The notes under the pieces are model-generated. The model searched no databases, was not told where the DNA came from, and was given only the letters and a program-made list of their open reading frames with translations. A stretch of DNA of 64,000 nt, from assembly GCF_009914755.1 (NCBI RefSeq), contig NC_060930.1; one strand, given 5' to 3'. Every line of letters starts with the position of its first letter. Within the stretch, counting starts at the first letter, position 1. Below are positions 40,130-54,400 of this stretch, in pieces. A program made the position numbers and the translations under genes. This DNA is from the human T2T-CHM13v2.0 reference genome, Homo sapiens.

Positions 40130-40446
40130 GTATCCCCAAACATATCTACCCAAGCTTCCTATACGTCATATTTTTCTTTTTACAGTGTCAAGCAACAAAA
40201 CATACAGAAACAGAAGTGAGTGATGGAAAAACAGTATTTTAAAGTCACATTGTCATATACACTCATTCTTTTGATGTTGTTTTATGAACACTTTCAAGAA
40301 TCTATATCTAATCAGTCTAAACCTTTGGTAATACAGGATTGAGACATTTTAAATTTGTTCCTAAGAAATTAAACAATACAGATTCAGCTAAAACTTATGT
40401 ATGTATATCTCTTTTCAATGCAGTTCTCCAGTCTTCCTTCTGTAAA

Positions 40447-40820
40447 TGTGACTTAGTAAGTTCGGGGTGCTGTAACAAATACCATAGACTGGATGACTTA
40501 AACAACAAACATTTCCTTCTCACAGTTCTAGAGTCTGGAAGTGTAAGATCAGGGTTCCAGTATAGTGGGGTTCTTGGTGAAGGCCCTGTTTTTGGTTTGC
40601 AAACAGACATCTTCTTATTGTATCTTCACATGGCAAAGTGTAGAGAGAGATGAAACAAACTCTTTCTTGTCTCTTCTTATAAGGATACTAATTCCATCAT
40701 AGGACTCCATTCTCATGACCTAATTAACTTCCAGAGGCCCCATCTCTAAATCCCATCACATTGGAGATTAAAGTTTTAGTATATTGATGTTGGATGGACA
40801 AAAATATTCAGTCCATATCA
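40447..40820 (-). mobile_element. MLT1A-like LTR
   Basis: 'gctgtaacaaataccatagactggatgacttaaacaacaaacattt...tctcacagttctagagtctggaag'. Confidence 0.85.
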
Positions 40821-41628
40821 AGATGTAACCACCATAGTGAATTTAGTGTTTATCATTTTCAATAATATGTTTGTCTTATATTTTTACCACAAACCTACCA
40901 TGCATAAATATACACAGTAATAGGTATCATAATGTTTATATAGGATTATAAATTGCTTTTTTAATGGACCTATATTTTGAGTTCTGTGCTCAAAATATAG
41001 ATAAATTTTCTAGATAAATTTTCTAGTTTGTTTTTGTGACAATAGATATGCTGCAATTTCATTTGTTTGTTCTGAGATGGGTATTTAAGATGCTTCAGAT
41101 ATTTGCTATTACAAATAATGCTGAAAAAAGTGTGTTTTATCAGGCATACATTTAAAAGTTTCTATAGCATATATCCCTAGAAATAGAATTTCTGGATTTT
41201 AAGACATACAAATCTTAATTTTACTAGATATTGTTAAGTTGCTTCCCATAGAGGTTGTATCAATTTACTCTGCTACCATAAACATGACAATTCTTTGCCA
41301 GCATGCAGTTTTGTGATATTTCCAAAAAATTTCATCAGTCTCATGCACCTAATTTTTGTTTTAAATTGAATTTCTATGATTGCTTACAAAATTAAGCAAC
41401 TTTTCACATTTATTGGCCATGTAGATTTCTTCTTTTGTAAATTGCTCCCATGTTTATTTTATTTTCATTCACTTCTTTGCTGTTTGCTTATTCATTTGTA
41501 GATGTTAATTATATTTTCTGAGTAATAATCCCTTGTTATATCTTTACTGGGGCAGGAGACATTGGCTGTGTGTTTGTGTGTGCACACGTGTGTTGTGTGT
41601 GTATGTATGTGCATATATGTATTTGGGT

Positions 41629-41966
41629 CAGTTGTCCCTTGATATCCATGGAGGATTGGTTCCAAAACCTCCTACAGATGACAAAATATGCAGACTCTCA
41701 AGTCCCTGATATAAAATAAAATGGCGTATTCGCATATAGCCTATGCACATCCTTCTATATACTTTAAATCATCTCTAGATTACTTACAATGCCTAATGCA
41801 ATGTAAATACTATGTAAATAGTTGTTCTACAATATCATTTAGATATAACAAGAAGAAAATAAAGACTGTACACATTCATTACAGACACAGTATTTTTCAA
41901 ATATTTCTACCCACATTTGGTTGAATTTATGGATGCAGAGCCCACGAATAAGAAGGGCCAGCTATA
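41629..41966. mobile_element. MER2 (TcMar-Tigger) nested in a minus-strand L1ME remnant (about 40830-42290)
   Basis: 'cagttgtcccttgatatccatggaggattggttcca...ggatgcagagcccacgaataagaagggccagct'. Confidence 0.85.
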
Positions 41967-42291
41967 TATAGTCTATACATAAATCTGATATACATCTGTT
42001 CCACCTGGATGGGTGTGTTTTAGGACATTGTTACATTGCTTTATTTGTCTTGCTCTATAATATCTAGTAAGTGGTTTAATTAAGATAACTTAAAAATAAA
42101 TATTGATTTTTGCAGGAAAAACACCTCTCAATACATATTTTATTCTCCTTTGTCTATTTTTTATATTTTCTTTTTGCCATGAAGTTTAAATTACCTTTTC
42201 AAGTTTTATGTGACAACTATTTATCCAGCTTTAGTAGCAATTCTTAAATTAGCAATATGTTTTATGAATGTAACTTATATTTTGTTTGTTT

Positions 42292-43030
42292 TTTATAATT
42301 TTTCTTTTTAGTTTGTTGGGGGTACATATTAGGTGTATACATTTATGAGGTATGTGAGATATTTTGGTACAGGCATGCAATACATAATAATCACAACATG
42401 GAAAATGGGGTATCCATCCTCTCCAGCATTTATCCTTTGTGTTCCAAATAATCCAATTATATTCTGTTAATTATTTGAAAATGTACAATTAAATTATTAT
42501 TGATGACAGTCACTCTGTCATGCTATTAAATACTAGGACTTATTCATTTATTCTAATATTTTTTTGTACTCATTAAACATCCCCATCTCCCTGCCAACAC
42601 AACCCAATACTCTTCTCACCCTCTGGTAACCATCCTTCTGCCCTCTTTCTCCATGAGTTCAACTGTCTTCATTTTTAGATCCCATGAATAAGTGAGAACA
42701 TGTGATGTTTGTCTTTCTGTACCTGGCTTATTTTACTTAACATAATGACCTCCAGTTCCATCTGTGTTGTTGCAAACGGCTGAATCTCATTCTTTTTTTA
42801 TATCTCAATAGTACTCCATTATGTATTTGTGCCACATATTATTTATCCATTCATCTGTTGGTGGATACTTAGGTTGCTTCCAAATTTTGGCTATTGTGAA
42901 CAAAGCTGCAACAAACATGGGAGTGTAGCTATCCCTTTGATATAATGATTTCCTTTCTTTTGTATATATACCCAGCAGTGGGATTGATGCATCGTATGGT
43001 AGCCCTATTTTTAATCTTTTGTGAATGTAA
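42292..43030 (-). mobile_element. L1MA-type 3' end
   Basis: Minus ORF 42805-43053 is the L1 ORF2 C-terminus (IPLLGIY...MFVAALFTIAKIWKQPK); L1MA-type UTR. Confidence 0.9.
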
Positions 43031-43109
43031 CCTACTTTAAATGATTGATGCAAATTAGGTTCCTAAGGCTTACATTTCCCCAAACATTTATTTATTTGTC
43101 TGTTTATTT

Positions 43110-43800
43110 ACTTAATTTGATTATGGTATAATAAATTTAAGTTGTTTAGAGTATACAATTGTATCTAGTTTTGACATCTCTAAACACCTGTGAATGCTTT
43201 AAGACAATTAAGATGATCATTTTTATTATTCCTAAAGTTTAATTGTACTACTTTCCATCCCATCCCTCCTTTTACCCCTGCCCCAGGCAATTACCAGTGT
43301 GATTTCTATTTCTGGATTTAGTTTACACTTTTTAGAATTTTATACACATGACATCATATCATATGCATTACTTTTGTATAGTTTCTTTCATTTAGCAAAT
43401 AGATTTTTATAATCATCCATGTTGTGGTCTGTATCAATAGTTTATTCCTTTATTTTCTGTGTGATAGTGAATGAATGATCCATTGAATGGATGTATTTCA
43501 ATTTACGTATGCATTAACCTGTTGATGGATATTTGCATTTTTTTCCAGTTTGAGGCTCTTACATATAAAATTGCTGTGAATATTTATGTACAAGCCTTCA
43601 TGTGAATGTGCCTTTATGTTTTATTGCTCTTGGATATATACCTAGGAGTGGAATGCCTAGATGATATGGCAGGCATTTAAGTTTTCACTAAACTGCAAAT
43701 TAGTTTTTAAAGTGGTTGTACTATTCTACATTCCCACTAGCAGTGTAAGAGAATTCCAGTCCTTTCATATTATCACCAATACTTAGTGTGGTTAGAACTA
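43110..43800 (-). mobile_element. Old L1M 3' end
   Basis: 'acctgttgatggatatttg...atatacctaggagtggaat...ttctacattcccactagcagtg'. Confidence 0.75.
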
Positions 43801-44399
43801 CATTTTTGTGTTAATTTCTCAGCCTACTTATGTAAATTCAAGCACAAAACTCATGTGAGAAGTGGGAAAAATTTGACAAATCCCAGATAATATTTTTCCT
43901 TGCCTAACCAGAGCAGAGTCCTGGTCAGATAATATCCCTTATTTTCTTTCTCTACAGGTGTGTGGACTTGTTTTTGCCCACTCTTTCATTGATGGTACAG
44001 CACTTTAAAGGCCCTCGCTTTAGGCGATGGCTCCTTTCATAACTTCCTAACTTTCAGGACCTGAAGGACTCATCTCCTATGCCTGTGTGTGTCACTAGGC
44101 TTTTGAGACAGGTAAGGCAACACCTATCACTTGCTGCCCCAACTTCCCAATTTCTACGCCCAGTCCCAATTTTTATAGCCTCCTCTTCTGGACTACATTT
44201 CCCTCTTTGATTTTGTTCTTAAAGAAATTGAGACTAGCTAATTAAAATTAATGTATGCACATTTACTATTTTGGTTACTTCTACAGCAAAACAAAACTAT
44301 TAGCTAATTAACCAAATATATTCTCCCACAATTATTTTTTGTGTAAGCCAAACAATTAAATTAAATTTAAAAAGTAGAATAAAATAAGAACTTTGAAGC

Positions 44400-44868
44400 A
44401 GTCCCATTCACAATAGCTGAGAGGTGAAAGCAGCCCAAATATCCATTGATGGATGGATGAATAAACAAAATGTGTTATATTCATACAATGAAATCTTTTT
44501 CAGCTTTAGAAAGGAAGGAAATACTGTCGTAAACTACAACATGAATGAACCTTGAAGACATTATGCTAAGTGAAATAAGCCTGTCACAGAAAAAAAAATA
44601 CGGTATGATTCCACTTGTATGAAATATTTAAAGTAAGAAAATTCATAGAAATACAAAATAAATGGTGGTCACTAGAGGCTGGAGAAAGGGGGAAAAGGAA
44701 GGTTGTTGTTTAATAGGTATAGAGTTTCATTTTGCAACATGAAAAATCCTGGAGGTTTGTTTCACAACAATGCGAATATACTTAACACTGTCAAACTCAT
44801 CCTTAAAAATGGTTAAGATTGTAAATTTTGTTATGTGTTTTTTACCTAGAAAAATAAATAAATAAAAG
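44400..44868 (+). mobile_element. L1MA/MB 3' end
   Basis: 'gaaccttgaagacattatgctaagtgaaataagcc...cttaaaaatggttaagattgtaaattttg'. Confidence 0.85.
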
Positions 44869-47800
44869 CTTTGAGTAGTTTTCCTTCTATGAGTTCTAAG
44901 AAAACTGTCTTCCTGTTTCTCCTGCGCTAAGAAGATTACTAACTTTTCCCACAAATATTGGCATGCATATTTACTGAAGCTTTTGAGCAAGACCAACAAC
45001 AATAGTTCCACTGTGATGGATTTCTGAATACTGAATGAGGCTGAGAGAATTTTAAAAGATTTGGACTCACTGTGACCTCTACTCACTGAAGCACTGAAGT
45101 TCAGATTCCACTGCTCAAAGGGCAGACGAGTTTCCCTACTTACCAGATGTCAGCTGAAGCATGGTCCTTTTTTTTTTTAGCTGAAAGGCAACTCTCTCTG
45201 CATTTTCTTTATCAGCAATGAAGCTCAAAGGAAATGGCTTTCTGTGAACTATGACAGTTTCTTTTTATGGGACAATTGTGTATATTCAAATCTCATTATC
45301 CTGAAGCTTATCTCTAAAAGTTAGTTAATGAAGTTAACAATACTCCTGAAAAACATAAAAACAAACATAAACAGACTAATTTATTTATTTTAAAACAGGA
45401 ACAATACCAATAGCTTTATCTGAAATATACACAGAATATCAAAATTTATATCATTTTAGAAATTTTATGTGCAGTGCCAAGATAGGTTTCCCTTAATATG
45501 CAATTGACTTTTTCAATGGACTTTTTCACATTGTGAAAACAGTAATTTAATTTTCCCTGTTAACTTCTAATTAGGAATTGTAGACATTTTTGGAAGAAGA
45601 AAGAGAGGGGCCCATTAAAAACCTTTCAGTATATTCAGTAACTTTACTCCTTTGACACAATCACTTCACAGAGCACCTCTTTTGAATAGTTTCTTTTATA
45701 AATCTGAATTTGTATTTCTCAGTTCCTTTTAAAGTCCACTCAGCAGGACAGAGTTTTAAGTTAAAATTTTGAGGGGAGAGAAAAAATCCTTTCCATAAAC
45801 AACTTTTAGGAATGTGGTATATAACAGTAGATTTTCAGACTATGTAGCTTTTCTTCTTACAAACTTTTAAGAGTGGATTTAACTCTTGTCAGAAACAGTG
45901 AGGCCAAAGTGATGAAATATAGTTTCCCGACCACCTCTTTTGGACTTTCAGTTTATTTCAAGATTGCTATTAATACTTATACTTTACAATAATTCCCTGT
46001 CATTATTCTAAAAGGTAGTGTTCTTTGAGAGTTTGAAAGCCAAGTGGTTAGAAATTTAGGAAGTGGAAGATTTTCACTTGTAGCATAAAAATGGTAAAAA
46101 AAAAAAAAAAAAAGTACAGTATTTCCTAATAATATGAAATTGAAACATGATAGCAAATTTTAAAGAAAAGCAAAACTTAAAAAAAGATATACCCTTTATA
46201 ATAACCCAAATGTTTTTTAAAACAGATTTCAGATTATTTCTGCCTGTGTTCTGGTTTACCTACCCTCTATAGATGGTAGAGTGGCTTCAGCTGTAACTTG
46301 GAAGTAAATTTAATGAACTGTCTTCTACCTTCTTAGAATTTAAGTTGACTTTACCTTACACTAAGTGAATTAAATGACCACAGGTCATGTTAGCAGAAAA
46401 TTACCCTCAGAGTGACTCTTAAACTATTCTTATTTGGTGTATGTGGGGGCAGCAGCATGAGGTAAGAAAAAGGAATTGTGGATCTAAAGCCAGAGGCTTG
46501 GGGTCATTTGCAAGCTTCACTACCAATATCTATACATCTACCTTGAGCAAGCCATGTATACTCTTTCTCTCCAATAGAATAGATACAAAAATAATTGCCC
46601 TGCCATGTTATTGGACTATTATCAGAATCAAATAAAAATGTGAATAAAAGAAAGAAAAATAATAAAATTCTAGGAAATACAAACCATAGTAGTCTACGGC
46701 TTTATCACATTTATAACATAATAACTTAGAATCACGAATTTTTTAAATTAGAATGGAATAGAGAGCATTTGCTAGTTTCTTGTTTCCTAACCGTTTTTAG
46801 GTCACAGACCTTATTGGGAACTTAATATAAATTCTGAACATTGTATCAGAAAAGTACACACACATATTCACAGGCACGAAATATTGCATATACTTTTTTG
46901 TGTGTTTGGTGTATTGTGTGTGTGAATGTCTGATCAGTTTCAATGCTTTCTTCTACAGAGTGGATAATGAAACTTAGAGAAATGAAGAGACTGAATTGAA
47001 GTCACACAGAAAGTTTGTGGCAGAGGTGTTTCTAGAGTACCTCTGCTAACTCACGCTCAGGTGCTCTGTTTCCCTAGACCAGGGACACTGATGAGTGTCC
47101 TAAAGAGGAGCCTCGTTCATTTCAAAGAGAGATCTCAGGAGCAAATACCAGACAGAGCCCTGGTAACCCTCACCACTTCTTTTATCTGTTTTTTACATTG
47201 GTCTTCCAAGACCCCATCTTATTTAAAAAAATAAAGCTTGGAAACTGCTGCTGTAGGAGAAAAACACAATTATAAATATGAAGTGAGGAAAGAAAAGTAA
47301 TAGCAAAGTCAGAAATTTCTTCTTATCATGTCCTTTCTGGAAGAAAAGTATAGCTCCCAGAAATTATGACATTCTTTAAAAACCACAGTGTCTGGTGGCC
47401 CAGAAATGAGTAACTCTAAAAATATTTTCAAAATTTAATTCAGAATTTTAAAGTCCCAAAAGAGTTATCTCTAGAACTGTTTCACTAAAGAATTCTACCA
47501 AATGTTTAAGTAAGAATTAACATGAATTTTTACAATCTCTTATAAGAAATAGAAAAGATGACACTTCAAAATTTATTTTATGCAGCTAGTATTACCCTAA
47601 TACCAAAATGAGACAAAGACAGTACAAAAAAAGAAAAGCAAACTGGGAAATCACAGACTAATATTCCTTGAGTATAGCTGTAAAAATTTTTGAACAAATA
47701 ATAGCAAATAAAATTTGGCAATATATAAAAAGAATTATGCACCCTGACCGAGTAGTGTATAACTGGGTGAAAACAGGGCTGGTTGAATATTTGAAAAACA

Positions 47801-48822
47801 ACCAATATAATTTATCATATTAACAGGCTGAAAAAGAAAAATCACATAATTGTAACAATTGATACAAAAAACATTTGATAAAATTCAACGTCTATTCATG
47901 AGAGAATAATTCAGAAAATTACAGTTCAGAGAAAAACTCTTCAAATACAAAAAACCTGCATCTAATATCATATGTAATGGAAAAACACTGAGTGCTTTTC
48001 TCCTAAGATCTTGGACAAGGCAAACACATCTGCCCTTACTCAAAATAGAACCAAAAGTTCCAGCCCATGTAAGAAAGCATAAAAAGGAAATAAAAGGCAT
48101 TAGGGTCATAACAGAAGAAATCAACTATCCCTGTTTGCAGAAGTAATGATTGTCTATGTAGAATATCCCAAAGAATCTATGAAGCTACTGTTAGAACGAA
48201 TATCTAATTTCACTAAGGTCACAGGATACTAGATCAGCATACAAAAATCAATTTTATTTCTGTAAACAGCCATGAATATATGAAAAGCAAAAAACAAAAT
48301 GTAAAACATAATACTATTTTCAATTATTAACAATGAGATGTTTATTTATTTCTAAAGAAACAATAAGTAAGCTAAATGAGTACTAAACACTTAAGTATAA
48401 ATCAACAAAACAAAGGAATTATATACTGAAAACTATAAAACATTGATTTAAAAAAATCAAAGAATATCTAAATAAATGTAGCGACACGTCACGTTCATGA
48501 ACTGAAATATTCAACATTGTGAAAATGTCAAATCTTTTTAAATTGATATAGGTTTAAGAAAATCTCTATCAAAAATCCCTATCAATGAAGAATAGTCTTT
48601 GCTTTGTATATCACAGGTCAAAAAAAAAAAAAGAACCTTAATTTAAACTTCACACATCAGACGATTTTAAATCAAAATGAGTGATAAATTCAAATGTAAA
48701 ACTGTAAAACTCTTATATGAAAACAGAGGGTAAATCTTTAAGAATTAAAGCTTGGTAAAGAGTTTTTAGACATGACCAAAGACATAATCCATAAAGTGAA
48801 AAGAAAAAAAAAAACCTAAACG

Positions 48823-49196
48823 GGTATTCGTCCATTCTCACGCAGCTAATAAAAACATTCCCGAGACTGGGTAATTTATAAAGGAAAGCGGTTTAACTGA
48901 CTCACTGTTCAGCATGGCTGGGGAGGCCTCAGAAAACTTACAATCATGGCAGAAGGGGAAGCAAACACGTCCTTCTTCACATGGTGGCAGCAAGAAATGC
49001 CAAGCAAAAGGTGGAAAATCCCGTTATAAAACCATCAGATCTTGTGAGAACTCTCACTATCACAAGAACAGCCGCATGGAGGTGACCGCCCCCATGATTT
49101 AATTATCTTGCACCGGGCACCTCTCCCAACACGTGGGGATTATGGGAGTTACAATTCAAGATGAGATTTGGGTGGGGACACAGCCAAACCATATCA
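48823..49196 (-). mobile_element. THE1B/C solo LTR
   Basis: 'gtattcgtccattctcacgc...gagactgggtaatttataaagg...cagccaaaccatatca'. Confidence 0.92.
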
Positions 49197-50197
49197 ACCT
49201 GTAAAATTAAAGTTAACTAAAATTCAAAACTTTTGTTCTGCAAAAGACCCTGTTAAGAAGATGAAAAGATTGAGAAAAAATATTTGCAAGAGATACATAT
49301 GACAAAGGAATCATATTTAGTATTTATAAAGAACCCTCAAAACTCAACCAAATAAACAAACAATCCAATTAGAAAATAGACAAAGAACACAAAGAGACAT
49401 TTATTTGTGGATGAGAAAAAGACATGAAAATATACTCAATATCATTAGCCACTAGGAAAATGCAAACTAAGACAGTGATGAGATATCACAAAATATACAC
49501 TAAACAACTAAAATAGCAAAATACTGATTATATAAAATTCTGGAAAAGATTCAGTGGAAAAGTGGACTTCTCATGTCATACACTGCTGATGGGACTATAA
49601 AATGGGAGAGCCACTTTGAAAAATAATTTAGCAGTTTCTTTGAATAACTAAACACACACCTATCACGAGACTCGGTAATCATACTGTTGAGCAAGTCTCC
49701 CAGATTAACAAAAATTTACATTCAAACAAAAATCTGTATGGGAATGTTCCTAGCAACTGCATTTTGAAAAGAAAAACAAAAACTGGGAACAATCAAAATG
49801 CCTCTCATTGGGTAAGTGCTTAAATAAAATGTCACATCCACACCATGAAATACTGTTCAACAGTAAAAAGTAACGAGCTATTGACATATACCACAATTTG
49901 ATTTTAAAGGCATTATGCTGAGAAGAAAAAAAAAACTTAAAAGGTCAAAAGGTCATATACTATATTGTTTCATTTATATTATCTTCTTCAAATTACAAAA
50001 TTATAAGTGTAGAAACCAGATTGGTGGTTGCCAGGAGTCGTGGATGGTTAGAGGACAGTGGATGGCTATGAAAATAAAGTGGAAGCAAGAGGTAGGAATT
50101 GATGGTGATGGCATAGTTGACTGCACACATAATTGATGACATATTTGATTGCAGGTGGTTACAAGAATCTTCACATGTGATAAAATCACAGAGAACT

Positions 50198-50662
<465 letters not shown>

Positions 50663-51189
50663 TCAGGTTATTTGAATATACCATTTAAAAAAATCAAGAG
50701 GGTTCTATCTTCCATTAATGACAGAATATTTAAGATCAAGCTAACATGCCTGCCGTTGATAATCATAACTATAAGTTTTTCTTAAAAGTACAAAATCTTG
50801 CTCTCCGAAGACACTGGAGACTGCAAGAAAGGCGTTTTGCTTTGTTTTTGACTTTAAGAGGAAGACATCCAGTTTTTCACTATTAAGGATGAAGTTAGCT
50901 GTAGGTTTTTGTAGATGTTTTTATCAAATTAAAGATGTTTCCCTCTATTCCTAGTTTATTGAGAGATTTTTTTAAAAAATCATAAATGGACATTAAATTT
51001 TGTCAAGTGCTTTTTCTGTATATATTTATATGATCAGATGATTTTTCTACTTTACTTGTTCATGCAAAAAGTTTGCCTGTTGATGTGAAACTTTATGATT
51101 AAAACCTTTATTTCCAGAAAAAAAAATTCCAGGCATCAGCGGTTTTACTGGTGAATTCTGTGAAAGGTTTTTAAAAAGAAATAATTTCA

Positions 51190-51496
<307 letters not shown>

Positions 51497-54400
51497 AAGG
51501 AAATAGTTTCAATATGACACTAACGAAAAACAGAGGAGGAAAAATTTCCCAACATGTTATATGAGGCAAAATGACACTAATTTCAAATAAAAAGATAACA
51601 TGTGAAAATAAAATTATGATACAATAGCACTATTGAACAGAGATGCAAAAATTCTCAACCAAATATTATCAAATTAAAATCCAGCAATATGAAAAAGAAT
51701 AATACATAATAAATGATCAAGCATGTTTTCCAGATAGTTATCAAGAATGAAACAAATTCAAGTTTGAAAATCAATCAATGTGATTTGCTGTTAAAAGAAT
51801 AAAGTAGACCATTCAATAAATGTAAAAAAATTATTTGCCATAAGTCAACAGCAATATGTAATAACATTTCCCACCAAAAAAAATGAGAATTTTTTTCATA
51901 AAAGTAAAGATAAACAAAACAGAACACCAATAAAAAAGACTTTAGTTAATATATTTAATGGTTAAAGATCAGGAAAAGGTAAATATGTCCACTATTACTA
52001 CTTTTACTCAATATTGTAAAGAAAGTCCTACCTAGTACATGAAGTCAAGAAAAAAATAAAAAGTATGTGTATTTGAAAAAAAGAAGTAAAAATCTTTTTA
52101 TTGTATAACATTGTTTATATTAAAAACTTAAAAATTCTACAAAAGTACAATTTAACAAAAGTATAGAAGATATCTAAACTGAAAATCTCCAACATTATAG
52201 AGAGACGTTAAAGAAGACCTAAATAAATGAAGACATATGCCATGTTCATGGATTGGAAGACTCAACATTAAGATGTTGGTTTAATACAAATTTATACAAA
52301 ATACAAAGGACTTAAAATAGTCAAAACCATCTTGAAAAAGTATTACAAAGTTAGAGGACTATAGCACCTGATTTCAAAACTCACTATAAAGTCACAGTAA
52401 TCAAGACAATGTAGTATTTTCATACAAATAGACAAATAGATAAATGAAATAGAATTGTGTGTCCAGAAATGGATCCACACATGTATGTCAAGTTACTTTT
52501 TGACATATATGCCAATAGAATTCAATGGGGTAAGAAGAGACTTTTCAACAAATGATCCTGTAACCACTGGATATCCTTACATTTAAAAATAAAAACAATC
52601 CAACAAACCAAAAACCTTTACCTTTAACTCACATCATATATAAAAGTTAATTGAAGATGTGTTACAGACATATACATAAAAGCCAAAAGTCTTGAACATA
52701 AGCATTTGTAAAGATGCTCAACATCATTAGTCATCAGAGAAATGCTAATTAAAAGCATAATGAAATATTATTTCACATCCACTACAATGGTTAAAATTAA
52801 GAAGATTGGCAATATCAACATAAGTTGGAAGTGGAGCAACCAAAATTTGCATACATTGTTTGTATGAGTGTATAATTATACCATCAGTCTGAGAAAAGTT
52901 TTGGCAATTTCTTATAAAGTTAAAAACATGCCTACCCATTGACTCATCACTTACACTTCTAAGAGAAATGAAACATGTACTTCTACAAAAAAACTAACTC
53001 AAGAATGCTCATAGAAACTTTATTCATAATAAACAATAAAAACAAAACAATCAAATGTCCATCAATGGGAAAATTTCAAAAAAACTGTATAATACATTAA
53101 CAATATAATGTTGCTCAGCAATTAAAAGTAATGAATTACTAATACATGCAGCAACTTGGAAAAAATCTCAGAAATGTTAGGTTGAGTGAAAAAGGCCAAA
53201 AACACGAGTTCATACTGCATGATTGGAATTCCATAAAATGGAATTGAATGAATTCCATTTTGCTTGTTCCATAAAAAACAAGCAAAAAGGACACATGATA
53301 CTAGATGTGAGAATAGCAGTTGACTTTGGGATGAAGGAAAGAGACAAATGGAAAGGGACAGGAGGGAACTTTCTGGGGTAAAGCAAATATCCTGTATTTG
53401 TTCTGCATGATGGCTACATGGTTGTATTTGTTTGCTGAAGCTCATTGAACTTACGCTTTAAATTGGAACATTTTATTGTATGTAAATTAGACTTCAATAC
53501 ATTTTTAAGTGAAAAATAAACATCATTTTTCCCAGTTATTCAGTCATAAAATGTGTTTACTGAATACTTATTAAATAAATCTGTAATCGCTATTCAATGA
53601 GTAATGTTGGTTTGGGAAGGCACTGAGTTTCAGTTTTGCAATTACCTTGTCTTAAATATGAAAAAAGTAAAAGATTCTTTTGAATTTAAATGGTAATGTA
53701 TACATCACTGAATGCAGCTCACCACATTTAGTAAATGCTTTCTTCTCTTTGCCTAACAAGCTCCACAGAACAAACTAGTTCAAACTGAGCAACTGTAATA
53801 CAGGCAAAGAAAGAACACTGAACTTGGAGTCAGGTGACCTGAATTTTCTTTTAATTTCTGCATTTTATGATTTTATTTGGCAGAAGTTCCCAGTTGGCTG
53901 CCACTGCTAAATTTCCTTAACACTAGAAATATGTATCGAATGCAGAGAATCATCAGTACACAAAGCAATATCCTAATACCCTATGGCTATCTTGGTTGTT
54001 GATTTCAGGAAAGTGAAGAGATATTATCATCTATAATACAATATGATTATTTTTGTTCTTTATTTTTTTCTTTCAGTATGTTTAATCTTCAGTATCTTTG
54101 TTTTAATGTGCAAGAATCATTTTCATTTTTAAGGCTCCTGTGAAATCAGCCACTTGCTGATTACCTTTTAAGCTGTTGACATAAAGCCAAAGTAACAGGG
54201 CAGAGGAATAAATGCCACTTATCTTTCCTTTTGTCCCTCATTACATAGAAACATCTCCATGGCTTTTCATTAAGAATTTCCTTGAAATTTCTGACATCTT
54301 GCAAAATTAATGATTGTATAGCTTTAAAAATGTGTCTTTTACCACCTCTACATTTTTAATGTGTTTGCCTCAATGTCTTATTGCATAAAGAAAAGATAAT

